64,000 nt of DNA from Podarcis cretensis (lineage: Eukaryota): positions 25,296,001 to 25,360,000 of the forward strand of contig OX638159.1 in NCBI GenBank assembly GCA_951804945.1, written 5' to 3'. The translations under genes were made by a program, and so were the position numbers. Shown here one piece after another: positions 52,168-63,534 of the stretch. The notes under the pieces were generated by a model, which ran no database searches, was not told the DNA's origin, and worked only from the letters and a program-made list of their open reading frames with translations. Numbering within the stretch: position 1 is the stretch's first letter; the number at the start of each line of letters is the position of its first letter.

Positions 52168-53106
52168 AAATAGCTTTGCCAACTTTGGCTTTTTTTTAAG
52201 GAAAATGTCAAATCTGAACTTATGTTTTACTGGTTAATGGGTATGCAGTATATTTAAAATTCGGCTCATAGGGACAGCACAAAATTGAGTTTAATAACAC
52301 TAGGGCCAGCCCTGCTGGTTGTATTATTAATTTCATATATAATTCAAGAATAAGCCCCTGCTTTAAATCATATCTGAGACTGTCACATAACCTACAGCGC
52401 TCAGGATTGGAATACAATAAAAAAAGATAGCTCCTTGATGCTAAAATTCATGCCAAGCTTCCAGCAGATTATATGGGCCACGATTCTACCAAGGATTGAC
52501 TGAAATACAAATTAATGACTTAAAACTTAGGACTAGCATTTCTGCTGGAGAAAAAATGTTAAGTGGAGTTTGTATCTTTGACACCATATGAAGTGAGATT
52601 AGGGTAAGCTTCTCTGTGTGTGACTAGGACAAGAATAATGAAATTAAACAGCATTGTTTACAGTCAAGCATGCAATCAGCTACCTGAATGTTAAATAAAG
52701 CTATCTATTTAAAGAAGGGCGAACAGCACAGGCATTAATTCTAGTGCTATTATATAGTGCTTTTTTTAAAAAAAAAACACCTCTTACAGTTTGTTCTTGT
52801 ACTAATTTTCCTAAAACACCTGTCACCTTGGTATCTAATCCCCAAGCAGGTAAAATGGGTGCCTTTTTAAAAATGTACTGGTTAATTCAATCGTTTGGTA
52901 TTTCTGCCCTTGTTACTAGGTTTGATTGTCCCAGTGGTATGTGCAACATAGGATAATGTTCAAAGCACTCTGATTGTGACTTAGCTAGAATGTCACCCAA
53001 TGTTTTTAATTATCCAAAGAATTAAGACTAAAGAAATAGCATTTAGGCCAGCAGAGGTATTTAGGCCCAAATTTCTATTGTGCTCTGAGCTAACTATAAC
53101 TGATTT

Positions 53107-53229
53107 CTGGATAGCTCAGTTGATTAGAGCATGGTGCTGATTTCAGGTTCAATACCCGTATGGAACAACTGCATATTCCTGCATTGCCGGCTGGTGGACT
53201 AGGTGATCCAACTCTACAATTCTATGATT
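53107..53229 (+). mobile_element. tRNA-Ile-derived SINE with CR1 tail (degenerate)
   Basis: TAGCTCAGTTGATTAGAGCATGGTGCTGAT..GGTTCAATACCCGTATGG, then TTCCTGCATTGC..GGACTAG..CCAACTCTACAATTCTATGATT. Confidence 0.7.
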
Positions 53230-53742
53230 GTATCATCACTGAAATTTTCTACAATGGTGGCCACAATATTAGATAACTTGATGTACAAAGCTATGATTTT
53301 AAATGCCATTTAAACCATGAACTTCACTGGGTGACCTTAAATAAATGATGGTAGTCTCCTTCACACAATGTGATGAATGCTAGGGGTATGCATTAGCTCT
53401 GTGTGTACCCTGAGCTATGAGACAAATCAGGATCAGTCAGAGAAGGTTCTGATGTTTTCATACTGCTGTCATGGCATCCTCGAATCAGAACAGGGCTCTC
53501 CTAGCTTTTGAGTGGCTCTGTGGCCTTGAATATCCAAAGTAAGTCCAACCTAGGAGAATGAAATCAACTAATTGGGGAAATGTCCAGAGGTCAGGGGAGA
53601 TGCAGATGGAGAAGTGGGGATCTTATATTTTTATGGTCAGCTCTAGTTTTTAATTACAGTCAATTATTTCCCCATGGCCCTCCAATAATAGTGGTTTGGA
53701 CAAAAGGCTAAAAATTGTTTTTCATGTAGCTCTGTGCCTTCT

Positions 53743-53815
53743 TCTGGTATAGCTCAGCCAGTAGAACATGAGACTCTTAATCTCAAGGTCTTGGGTTCGA
53801 GCCTCATGTTGGGCA
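53743..53815 (+). pseudogene. tRNA-Lys(CTT)-derived sequence (SINE head or tRNA pseudogene)
   Basis: TAGCTCAGCCAGTAGAACATGAGACTCTTAATCTCAAGGTCTTGGGTTCGAGCCTCATGTTGGGCA closely follows vertebrate tRNA-Lys-CTT. The acceptor stem is broken and there are CpG-type changes. Confidence 0.85.
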
Positions 53816-53818
53816 AAA

Positions 53819-54205
53819 TGGCAGACCAACTTTTCTCTGACGAAGAGCTGGAAGAGGAAGAGCCCACCCCCTGTCCACAGTGTGTTCAGAAGCAGAGAGA
53901 CAGACAGAAGCTGAACAGCTAAGGGAGGAGTTACCCAGTTTTGAGATAACGACAAGAGAACCAGAAGGGAGGGGGCAGCTAGTTAAGACATCTCTTGAGA
54001 GCATGGGGGACCCCGCCCCCCACCATGGACTCGGAAGTCCAAACGTATCAGAGAGCAAAGGAGTCAGAGGGAGGGAGGAACTTCCCGTTGGCGCCCAAAA
54101 TGCTGCAGTAGTCAGAAGGAGGATTAGACTAGCCAACTGCCCTCCTTGCGGATTTGTGTATTTGTGCTCGCAACATGATACTGTAATAAAAGGACTAATT
54201 TTATA
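53819..54205 (+). mobile_element. LTR-like fragment with short acidic ORF remnant
   Basis: Starts TG immediately after the tRNA head, encodes MADQLFSDEELEEEEPTP.., AATAAA at ~54185. No terminal CA or TSD found. Confidence 0.45.
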
Positions 54206-54310
54206 ATGAATGTTTTTAGAATGTTGGATTATTTTGATTGTTGTTAGCCGCCCTGAGCCCAGCTTTGGCTGGGGAGGGCGGGATATAAATAAAATTTATT
54301 ATTATTATTA
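54206..54310 (+). mobile_element. LINE (L2-like) 3' tail
   Basis: GTTAGCCGCCCTGAGCCCAGCTTTGGCTGGGGAGGGCGGGATATAAATAAAA followed by (TTA)n. Confidence 0.7.
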
Positions 54311-55077
54311 GGAAGGAAGGACTCTCCATACCTGTCCCTATGATCTTTAGGTGCAAGTCTATTTTACTGCTTCTTTAATATTAGAAATTATTATTCCAGA
54401 TTACTACAAAGTGAATGTTGAGGAAATATAGATGTACAACTGTAAATGAATTCCACATTTAAAAACAATATAATTTAAACAAACAAAACACTATATGTAA
54501 GTGTTAGATTTGCCTGTATCCCTAAATCTGCTAGAAGCACATGTTAATTAATGTATCTGGCCCAAATGTTCTTACCTACGAAGCAACCCAGTTCTACAGT
54601 CACACACATGCCCAGCAGTTCAATGGTGAATGTGTTGTCTTCTGAATGCAGCTTGTTTGTTAAGCAGGTGTGTGAATGTTGATTAAAAGTAATTTGGCTT
54701 TGAAGAACTCTATCCGGATGGTTTGTTGCTTACCACTGGGTTTTACCTACTGCATCTTACATATTCCCCCTTTCTTGGAGATGAGTAACCTATAATTCTG
54801 TGCAGAGACTTAAGATATAAGTAAAGAGTGAGGTATTTCACATCGGGTGGTACTAAAGAGAGGCTATAAAATATACTGCCTGGGTTTTAATTGGAATTGA
54901 CATTAAATCATGTAGAGATGGGAAGGAGGATATTACATAAAATCTTCTGACAAGCGAGGAAGACAAGTACCTCCGTATTTTAAATCTTGACTTAAATACA
55001 GTTTAGCAAGTGCTGCAGATTCACCAGGTCAACCATCTTCCTAATTGCAAGTATTCTGTCTTGCTATGTCTACAATA

Positions 55078-55843
55078 AAGCTTCTCCTCCTTCTGGAGGG
55101 AAGGGGTTGTGAGCGGGAGCCGATTCCTGCATCATACAGGGGGCTCTGCCCCCTGCCCTCCCATCATAGCTGGCGCGCCACGCCTCCCAGTTGGGCACCC
55201 AATCGGGTGCCACCACGGGGGCATGGTCTAGCCGCTCAAATGTTGCGCCAGCTCTCCCCGCCATTGCACCGCAGATTTCCACGAGTCTCTCACCCACCAC
55301 TCCCTTTAGAGCATAGCTTCTTGCTTGACCTTCTATGGACCCATGGTTGGTCGCCCTGGTTGCCCAGGGGGCCTGGTAGGAGGTTTTTCCAATTGGCAAA
55401 TTGGCACGGCCTCTTGGTTTTTTTCACCTACCTCGTAGCAACTTTCTTGGTATCTGGCGGTTAGGCACTGGAATGTGTTGTTGGTGTATGGAAGGGCAAG
55501 GTGTAGCCATCACCTAACCCTTCACTTATGGGTATTCCGTTAAAGGAATCCTGTCCGATGCCCTGTGTTGCGGGGGGCCATGGCACGACCCCCGGTGACA
55601 TCAGGGGAGAGCTTATAGTTGTATTTGCATCAACAGGCTCCCCCTACTGGTGGTTAACCCTTTGTCAGACTCACCCCTCTCCGAGTGGGTGGAGTCAGAT
55701 TTGCTGTTGTTCAATGCCTAAGCCAATACCTTCTCACATGCTGTAATCAATAAAGCTGTGGCCTTTTCTAGCCCATTGACCTTATATACTGTGTCCACAT
55801 GTCTTTATTATTCCCAAGCGGGGGGCGGGTCCTCGAATCACAA
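55078..55843 (+). mobile_element. Structured interspersed repeat, subfamily I
   Basis: Collinear with 41971-42747. Hairpin at 55081-55103; TTGTGA inverted to terminal TCACAA; AATAAAGCTGTGGCC. Confidence 0.72.
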
Positions 55844-57473
55844 AAACAAGCTCCAAAGAGAGGGCTTTGTTCTTTTGAAATGTAATCTGCAAAGCCTTTT
55901 GGAAGTAGCACATCGAAAACCCAACCGATGTAAAAAAAAGTTTTTACACATATTTTGTAATAATAATCGAGTTGCATAGTGATGTCTTTCATGGAGTCCC
56001 TTTACCAGATGCCGTTTTTCCCCTGTCCAAGTAGATACACTGATGACAAAACAGAACTAAGAAACACAGATTATTAACTGCAACTGCAGAAGACAGAGAG
56101 ACGATTTTATTGTTTTAACAGTGACCATCCAATTTGTTACACAGAGCGCAATGCACACGTTACAGGGTAGATGAAACTGGCAAAGCACTTATTTATAGGG
56201 TTTTTTGTTTTTTGTTTTAAAAAGTCATGGACATTTCCTTTTATAAGAAAAGTATCAGGCCATTGTGAATGGTGGAAAATCCATTGCATCGATGACAAGG
56301 GAACAACAGATCTTCGAACACAGCTGCTGCAGCCATATTGCACCTAGCTGTGTACTAAAACTATATTGGCAATATTATAAATCTTCTTAATAATAATCTT
56401 CCCCCAAACTTTACACTCTGCTGTTATCGAAGGAGCATTAAACTAAACACCACAAGATTTACAGCTTGGATAGTTGGCCAATTTCAATAAACTGGTTAGC
56501 TGTTAATAACCAACATTTGAAAAATTACAGCTAAAACAAAAGATCAGTGGTGTCTGTGGCAGATTATAAAGTGAAGGAGTAAATCTATATAAAAGAAATA
56601 AAATCCAAGAAGCTCTATTACAGATAAAAAGAACTAATGACCATCAAACTAAAGACACCTAAGGAAGTTCAGCTGAGTGTGATATGAAAAATGTATCCAA
56701 GTTAGTGAAGCAAGAAGTGTTCTAAGAGGTAATCAATAGGGTTACTTACACTCCATAGAAGAGCAATGGAAAAATATCAATTCCAATGAGGATAACTGTG
56801 CAATTGAGGAAGAATAGTGTCACAGCAGTCAGGAATTATAAATTCATTTGGCAACAATAAGATCCTTTCTACAGATGCATTGCTCAAGGAAAGCAATACA
56901 TTTAGATGATATTAGCCACAATATCCAGTTGTCCCTATTGCCGACTGGTAAACGTGGAGAAAGAAAAGCAATTTTTGCATGCCATCAATTCAATACTATG
57001 CAGAAGCCATTTGTTGCAAGGCTGATTCACACAGTTCAATCATTACAGGAAGGCTGTTTGAAACCACCTGCAGCTGGTCGAGGCTCCATTTTGTCCATAT
57101 CACTTCACCAGATGAATCAGCCCTGTGAAGTGCATCCATTCCAAAGGGAAATAGATTAGCATTATGTGCATTTGTAGTGACAAGTGTAAAGGTACAATTA
57201 AGCTTCTGAGCAAGAAGGCCAATGAGAAGGGTCTTAAAATAATCGGCAATCAAGGCCAGTAGCTCAGCGATATCTTGTGGAAGGGCTGTAACCCAGCATA
57301 ATCTTTTAAAAAAGCAAATTAATTTAATAAATTGTCACACACAAGAAGCACAAATCTGAACAAATAGAATACTAGGTTTGAGAACTTTCATGCATATCAT
57401 TAGCAGATATCTACGAGTGGCAGGCATGGGGAGAGCCTGGAAAATGACAGTAGACTTTAAGAGACAAAACATA

Positions 57474-57985
57474 CCGTATTTTTTCTGTGTATGAGACTAT
57501 ATTTTATCCTTAGAAATAATAGCCAAAAATTGCGGGTTGTCTTATGCACAGAAAGCAGGGGGGGGGGGCGATTGGTGGCAGCAGCCAGCAGGAGATTGGC
57601 AGCGGCGATTGGGCGTGTGTTTGGTTGCTGCGGCAAGGTCTGCTGGCGATTGGCTGTGGTTGCGGCAATTGGGCAGTCGATTTACGGCAGCGGTGAGGCA
57701 TGCGTGCAATTGGCTGTGGTTGCGTCAAGTGGGCAGGTGGGCTTTTGGCTGCAAGCATGCAGGCGATTGGTGGCCGCAGCGATACATGCACTTTGCATTT
57801 GTGGGCAGGCTGTAGAGCAATTGGCGATGGTGACCCCCCCAAAAAAGCTCAACAACTATGTGCAATTCCCCCCCCCCAAAAGTTCAACAACTGTGGTCAA
57901 TTTCCCCATCAAAATCTTTTGTTGCGGTCCCAAAAAATAGGGATTGTCTTATACTTGGGGGAGTGTTATACACATACAAATATGA
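57474..57985. mobile_element. Degenerate Tc2-like MITE with internal minisatellite
   Basis: TA|CCGTATTTTTTCTGTGTATGAGAC left end and TTATACACATACAAATATGA right end, with repeated GGCGATTGG units inside. Confidence 0.65.
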
Positions 57986-57986
57986 T

Positions 57987-57987
57987 G

Positions 57988-58022
<35 letters not shown>

Positions 58023-58205
58023 TTATTACTTATACCCCACCCATCTGGGCAGCTTCCAACAGAACATTAAAAACACAATAAAAAACATTAAACATTGAAA
58101 ACTTCCCTAAACAGGGCTGCCTTCAGATGTCTTCTAAAAGTCAGATAGTTGTTTACTTCCTTGACATCTGGTGGGAGGGTGTTTCACAGGGTGGCCGCCA
58201 CTACC
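57987..58205 (-). mobile_element. L2 3' fragment with (AAT)n
   Basis: Reverse-complement L2 tail with an internal deletion of part of the terminal stem. Confidence 0.85.
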
Positions 58206-58459
58206 TGAGAAGGAGAAATACAATGTTGCATTATGGCAATTTCAGCTTTCCAGACAGAACAATCTACCTTCTCCTAACCTGCATACTGTTCTGGGTGTTC
58301 TCCCACTCCCTGAGCGTGGTGGGGGACACATTCTGTGCCCAGAGAGAAGTGATGCATACATCTTTGTGTGCAATTTTTGCCTAAAACGGCACACACATTT
58401 TTGCAAAGCATTCCCCCCCCCCAAAGCAATGCACTTTTGAATTGTTGTTTTCCTTTATA

Positions 58460-58822
58460 AGGTAAAAGGTAAAGGTACCCCTGCCCGTACGGGCCAGTCT
58501 TGACAGACTCTGGGGTTGTGCGCCCATCTCACTTAAGAGGCCAGGGGCCAGCGCTGTCCGGAGACACTTCCGGGTCACGTGGCCAGCGTGACATCGCTGC
58601 TCTGGCGAGCCAGAGCTGCACACGGAAACGCCGTTTACCTTCCCGCTGGTAAGCGGTCCCTATTTATCTACTTGCACCCGGAGGTGCTTTCGAACTGCTA
58701 GGTTGGCAGGCGCTGGGACCGAGCAGCGGGAGCGCACCCCGCCGCAGGGATTCGAACCGCCGACCTTTCGATCGGCAAGCCCTAGGCGCTGAGGCTTTAA
58801 CCCACAGCGCCACCTGCGTCCC
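58460..58822 (-). mobile_element. Sauria SINE, full length, young subfamily
   Basis: 13-bp TSD GTTTTCCTTTATA at 58447-58459 and 58823-58835. Appears to sit inside an older repeat ending CCCCATCCCTA at ~59038. Confidence 0.95.
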
Positions 58823-59989
58823 GTTTTCCTTTATACATACGCTCAAATGTGCTCTTTGCCCTTACATATGCATTTTTGCACACATTACATGGCTGGAGAA
58901 CCGTACTGTGAAATTCAAAGAAATCTGTATTTCAAAAAAAAATAGCTGTGTTTTGGTTCAAGGACTGATTCAGAACGTGTGAATTTGGTAGGTATGCCTA
59001 TAAATGCAAAAGTGAATTGAGTATTCTCCCCATCCCTAGCTTGGACCTTTCTGATGGTCCCAGCAGACAAGCTGAAGAGACCTGTGAACTTGAGAAAGAT
59101 CATGCAGTCCTGTAACCCCTCTCTCCGTGTAACTGAGGCATTTTATTGCTTCATATCCATTTGATTCCAGTGAGTTTGCAAGCTTCATATGCATGGCTTC
59201 ATAAACACAACAAACGCTTCTTTATATGATGTTTCTGTATGATGCTACAAATCAAAGAGATATATCTAATAGCTATGCTGGTGGCAAGGAGCACATAATT
59301 ATTTCACTCCAAAAGCAGTTTTGTAAGTGATGTTGATTAGAGTTTTAACCAATGTAGAAGCAAATTAAGAACATAGTATTAAAAAGACCAATGGCCTCAT
59401 TAAAATCTATTTTGCCAAGACTGCATGCCCCACAAGTGCAAACAGTAGCAACAATTAGCACTAAACAGCAACAATGAGTCTTGATACAGTTAATTCACAT
59501 GTCAGAGGATAATTTGTAGGATTCAGCATTACCTGTTATTAAATTGGCTGAGGATGCTTTGAAAACAGCTTTCTAGAAGGGCGGAAGATAGCTTAGGAAA
59601 GCAACGTCACACACGTGCTATCATCTATTCTTATTAAGATTCTCCTAAGAAGCAATATGCTTAATCAATTTTACATTGTTTCTGCTTACATGCGGGGATC
59701 TCATTATCTGAATAAGAGCATACATTTTTTAAAACATATATGTATAGTAGAAGTGCTGCAATATAGCATCTGTATATCTAACCTGTTTACTTATCCAGCT
59801 CAAAATCACAGAATTTGTGGAAGGCAACAATGCAGTTAAAACTCAGTAACCTGACAATTAAATAATAATAATCAAACAATGGACATTCCCCACTAATTTT
59901 TGCATCAGATAGAAGCCCAAAAACTGAGACATGAAGCAGGAATCTGTCTTAGCTATGATGATTTTTAGCTGAAGCTTATGTACTGGTTC

Positions 59990-60360
59990 GGACGCAGGTG
60001 GCGCTGTGGGTTAAAGCCTCAGCGCCTAGGGCTTGCCGATCGAAAGGTCGGCGGTTCGAATCCCTGCGGCGGGGTGCGCTCCCGCTGCTCGGTCCCAGCG
60101 CCTGCCAACCTAGCAGTTCGAAAGCACCTCCGGGTGCAAGTAGATAAATAGGGACCGCTTACCAGCGGGAAGGTAAACGGCGTTTCTGTGTGCGGCTCTG
60201 GCTCTGGCTCTGGCTCTGGCCAGAGCAGCGATGTCACGCTGGCCACGTGACCCGGAAGTGTCTGCGGACAGCGCTGGCCCCTGGCCTTTTAAGTGAGATG
60301 GGCGCACAACCCCAGAGTCTGTCAAGACTGGCCCGTATGGGCAGGGGTACCTTTACCTTT
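59990..60360 (+). mobile_element. Sauria SINE, full length, young subfamily
   Basis: 14-bp TSD TTATGTACTGGTTC at 59976-59989 and 60361-60374. Confidence 0.95.
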
Positions 60361-61636
60361 TTATGTACTGGTTCACTGGAGAAACAAAAGTATGTTGTTC
60401 ATTCTAGCATTCTGAGTGGGTGTTTGGCATTTGGAAGGAAACAATGGCATTGAATGGACTTTAGACTTGGTTCTCTGAAACACAGTGCCAGTGATTTGGC
60501 ACTGAAGACAACCAAGTATAGTTGCCAGTTGTCCTTACTGGTGATTATGTTTGAGAGAAAATACACAAATCAATATGCAACATGTAACCAAATGTATATT
60601 TTGAAAGCTTTTAAAAAGTAGCAAACAAATGTGGAAACAGCATGGGACAGAATATTTTTTTTGGGGGGGGGGAGGGGATGTGCAAAAGTGACACAGGGTG
60701 GAAAAGGGCAAATTCATCCATTGCACTGAAATCATTGAGTAGTGATCCTGCTTTAATTTTTGGAATTTGCAGCTATATATGTTTAATCAAAAAAGTTTTG
60801 TTTTTTTAAGTACTGTAATCAGAAGAGGTTGATAAGAAACCTATCTCAAAAAAACTGGAGTGCTGGAGATATGGCCCTTGAAGCAAGTTGCGTTATTTAA
60901 TATGCTTTTCTGTGATGGATTTTGGTCAGCGTTACACCAGTATGCTTGTGCTTTAAATAGGATAATCTGCTTACTGGGCTCACGCATGCAGCTGATCTGG
61001 AATCTTGAAACTGCATTCCTCTGTAATCTAATCAACACAAAATGGTTGCCAATCCCCTGAGCACAAGTTCAGAAAGGACTTTTTAATAATAACAATTTCC
61101 AGCCCTGCGAGAGAAACTTTAAAAATTCCTGGTTTGTATTTTCTTCATAAAAAAGAATAATTGAGGGGGTGTGTGTGTGCAAGGGAGTTCTAATGAGGGA
61201 CAAACGTAGCAGACTGGAATCAGCTGTGGCTCATACAGGTGTTGTGCAGGCTTCTGCAGGCATCTGCCAAACTCTTCTCCTCTGTAGTACTGCCAGTCTT
61301 GTTCTTCTTCTTGCCCAATCGATAAACCATACTGATTTGCTTGGTAATGTACACCTGTGGATCCTAAACATTTTCCCCTCACCCCGTGGACCACATGAAA
61401 ATGACTGAAGGTCTTGGCAGACCATTTAATGATTTTTCTGCCTTTTGTATTAATCATAATTTGCCGTGTAAGATCAGGGGTGAGGAACCACAGCCCACAG
61501 GTTGATATTGGCCCTCAAGGGAATCCAAGCAGGCCCATGAGGCCATTTACCCCAAACCGAACCCACCCACCAGCTGATGTCATTGTCAATGTCTGTTGAT
61601 GGGCAGGGTTTACTCCTGCAATGGTCATGTACCCTG

Positions 61637-62437
61637 TTGTGATTTGAGGACCCGATCCCCGCTTGGGGAATAAAGTCACGTGGACAAAGAATGTAAGGTT
61701 AATGGGTAAGGTAAAGGCCACAACTTTATTGATTACAGCATGTGAGAAGGTATTGGCTTAGGCATTGGACCACAGAACATTAGACTCCACCCACTCGTAG
61801 AGGGGTGAGTCTGAGGAGGGGTTAACCACCAGTAGGGGAAGCCTGTTGATGCTAATCCAACTATAGGCTCTCTTCCTGATGTCACCGAGGGTCGTGCCAT
61901 GGCCTCCCGCCACAAGGGCATCGGACAGGATCCACGACCGCCGGATTCCTTTAGCGGAATACCCAAAATTGTTGGGGAAGGTGATGGCCACACCTTGCCC
62001 CCCGAAACACCAACAACACATTCCAATGCCTAACCGCCAAATACCACAAAAGTTGTGACGGTTGCTACGAGGTAGGCAAAAAAACCCCAAGAGGCTGGGC
62101 CAATTTAGCCAATTGGAAAAAAAAACCTTCTACCAGGCCCCCTGGTTAAACAGGGCGACCAACCAGAGGTCCATAGCAAAGTCTCAGGAACAGCTAATCT
62201 AAAGGGAGTGGAGGGTGGGTGACTCGAAGAAAATGTGTGTGCAATGGTGGGGATGGCTGGTGCGGCTGCGTTTGAGCAGCAAGCCAGGCCCCCGCTGAGC
62301 TTCCCTATTGGGTGCCCAACCGGGGAGGGGCGTGGCGCCAGCCCTGGTGTTGAAGCAGGGGGCAGAGCGCCCCCTGCATGACGCGGGAATCGTCTCCCGC
62401 TCACAACCCCTTCCCTTCCTGAGAGGAGGAAAGGCTT
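61637..62437 (-). mobile_element. Structured interspersed repeat, subfamily I
   Basis: Reverse complement collinear with 55078-55843. TTGTGA at 61637 and TCACAA at 62401, followed by a purine/pyrimidine hairpin. Confidence 0.72.
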
Positions 62438-63146
62438 TCCCAGCAAAAAGCAAAATCACACAGCAAGGTTTATCAGCAGCTGAGAAGTGGGAATTAAAGT
62501 GCTTCTCAGAATCTCACCCACCCTTCATCTTCCATTGCCCGCTGACTCGCAGGAGTAGACTGCTGCTTCAAACAGTGCTAGAAAAGGAGCGTGGGTACTG
62601 TCTTAAAACACTCCTCAAAAGTGTTGTCTGAAGCACACACACACACACTGCTTTCATTTACAAGAGTAGGAAGATGAGTGCTTTCAACAGGATTTTTGAG
62701 AAGGGCTTTCAGGCAGCCCCCTCAGTCCCATTTCAGATTGAATACGACCAGGACACAAATCTAAATTTAGATTTCCATAACGGCCCAAGTATTAGGTGTA
62801 GCACTGAATACCCTGCATTCCCCCCATTATGAACTGTTCATTGGAAACATTATCTTTTTCCTGTCTGAGAATCCAAACTCATTTCACTGATTATGAACTC
62901 CTTCATCAGAATTGCCCATCGATATCATTAACGTCCAACATGTCAAGACATAATTATCTGTCTACTTTTGGTTTTCTAACCTAGTTTTTTCGTTTTTGTT
63001 TTACTTTCCTCTCCAAAAGGATTCCCAGTAGTGGAGATAGAGTTGTAATCTGAGTTGCCTTCTTAAACATGTGAGCATTCACTTACATTGTGGTTGTGTG
63101 GTCCTTCTATGGACATACAAGTATGGACAGTATGAAGGTCCAAGAC

Positions 63147-63335
63147 CAAGGATGGGGAACTTCAGGCCTGGAGGCCAAATATGGCCACATCCATTTCTAG
63201 CCATATCTGCTCTCCCCAGGCCACCTCCCTCACCCAGCCAGCTTTGCCCCATCCCATCCCCATCCCCCCCAGCTTGAGTGTTTTTTCTTGGCTAGAACAT
63301 GCTTCTATGAAATCTGACTAAGCTTCTTGCTTGCC

Positions 63336-63381
<46 letters not shown>

Positions 63382-63534
63382 GTATGTTTGTAAAGACATA
63401 CATTTATACAAATGTAAAAATCATTTGGTCCTCTTTTCACTTTTGCTTCCGGCCCTGCTGATCATTGTCATGTGGTCCCCAGAGGTTTGCCCCAAACAGA
63501 ATGCAGTCTTTGGGCTGACAAGTTTCCCATCCCT
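63147..63534. mobile_element. Old hAT-like MITE containing (GAAA)n
   Basis: Ends CAAGGATGGGGAACTT / AAGTTTCCCATCCCTG; (GAAA)n at ~63337-63380. A related left end lies at ~500. Confidence 0.6.

Noticed and set aside
53743-53815. Functional tRNA-Lys gene
   Set aside because: The acceptor stem is disrupted, there are several substitutions, and no poly-T terminator follows directly. Consistent with a SINE head.
53835-53870. Hammerhead ribozyme core (CTGACGA)
   Set aside because: No stem II followed by GAAA and no flanking stems could be built.
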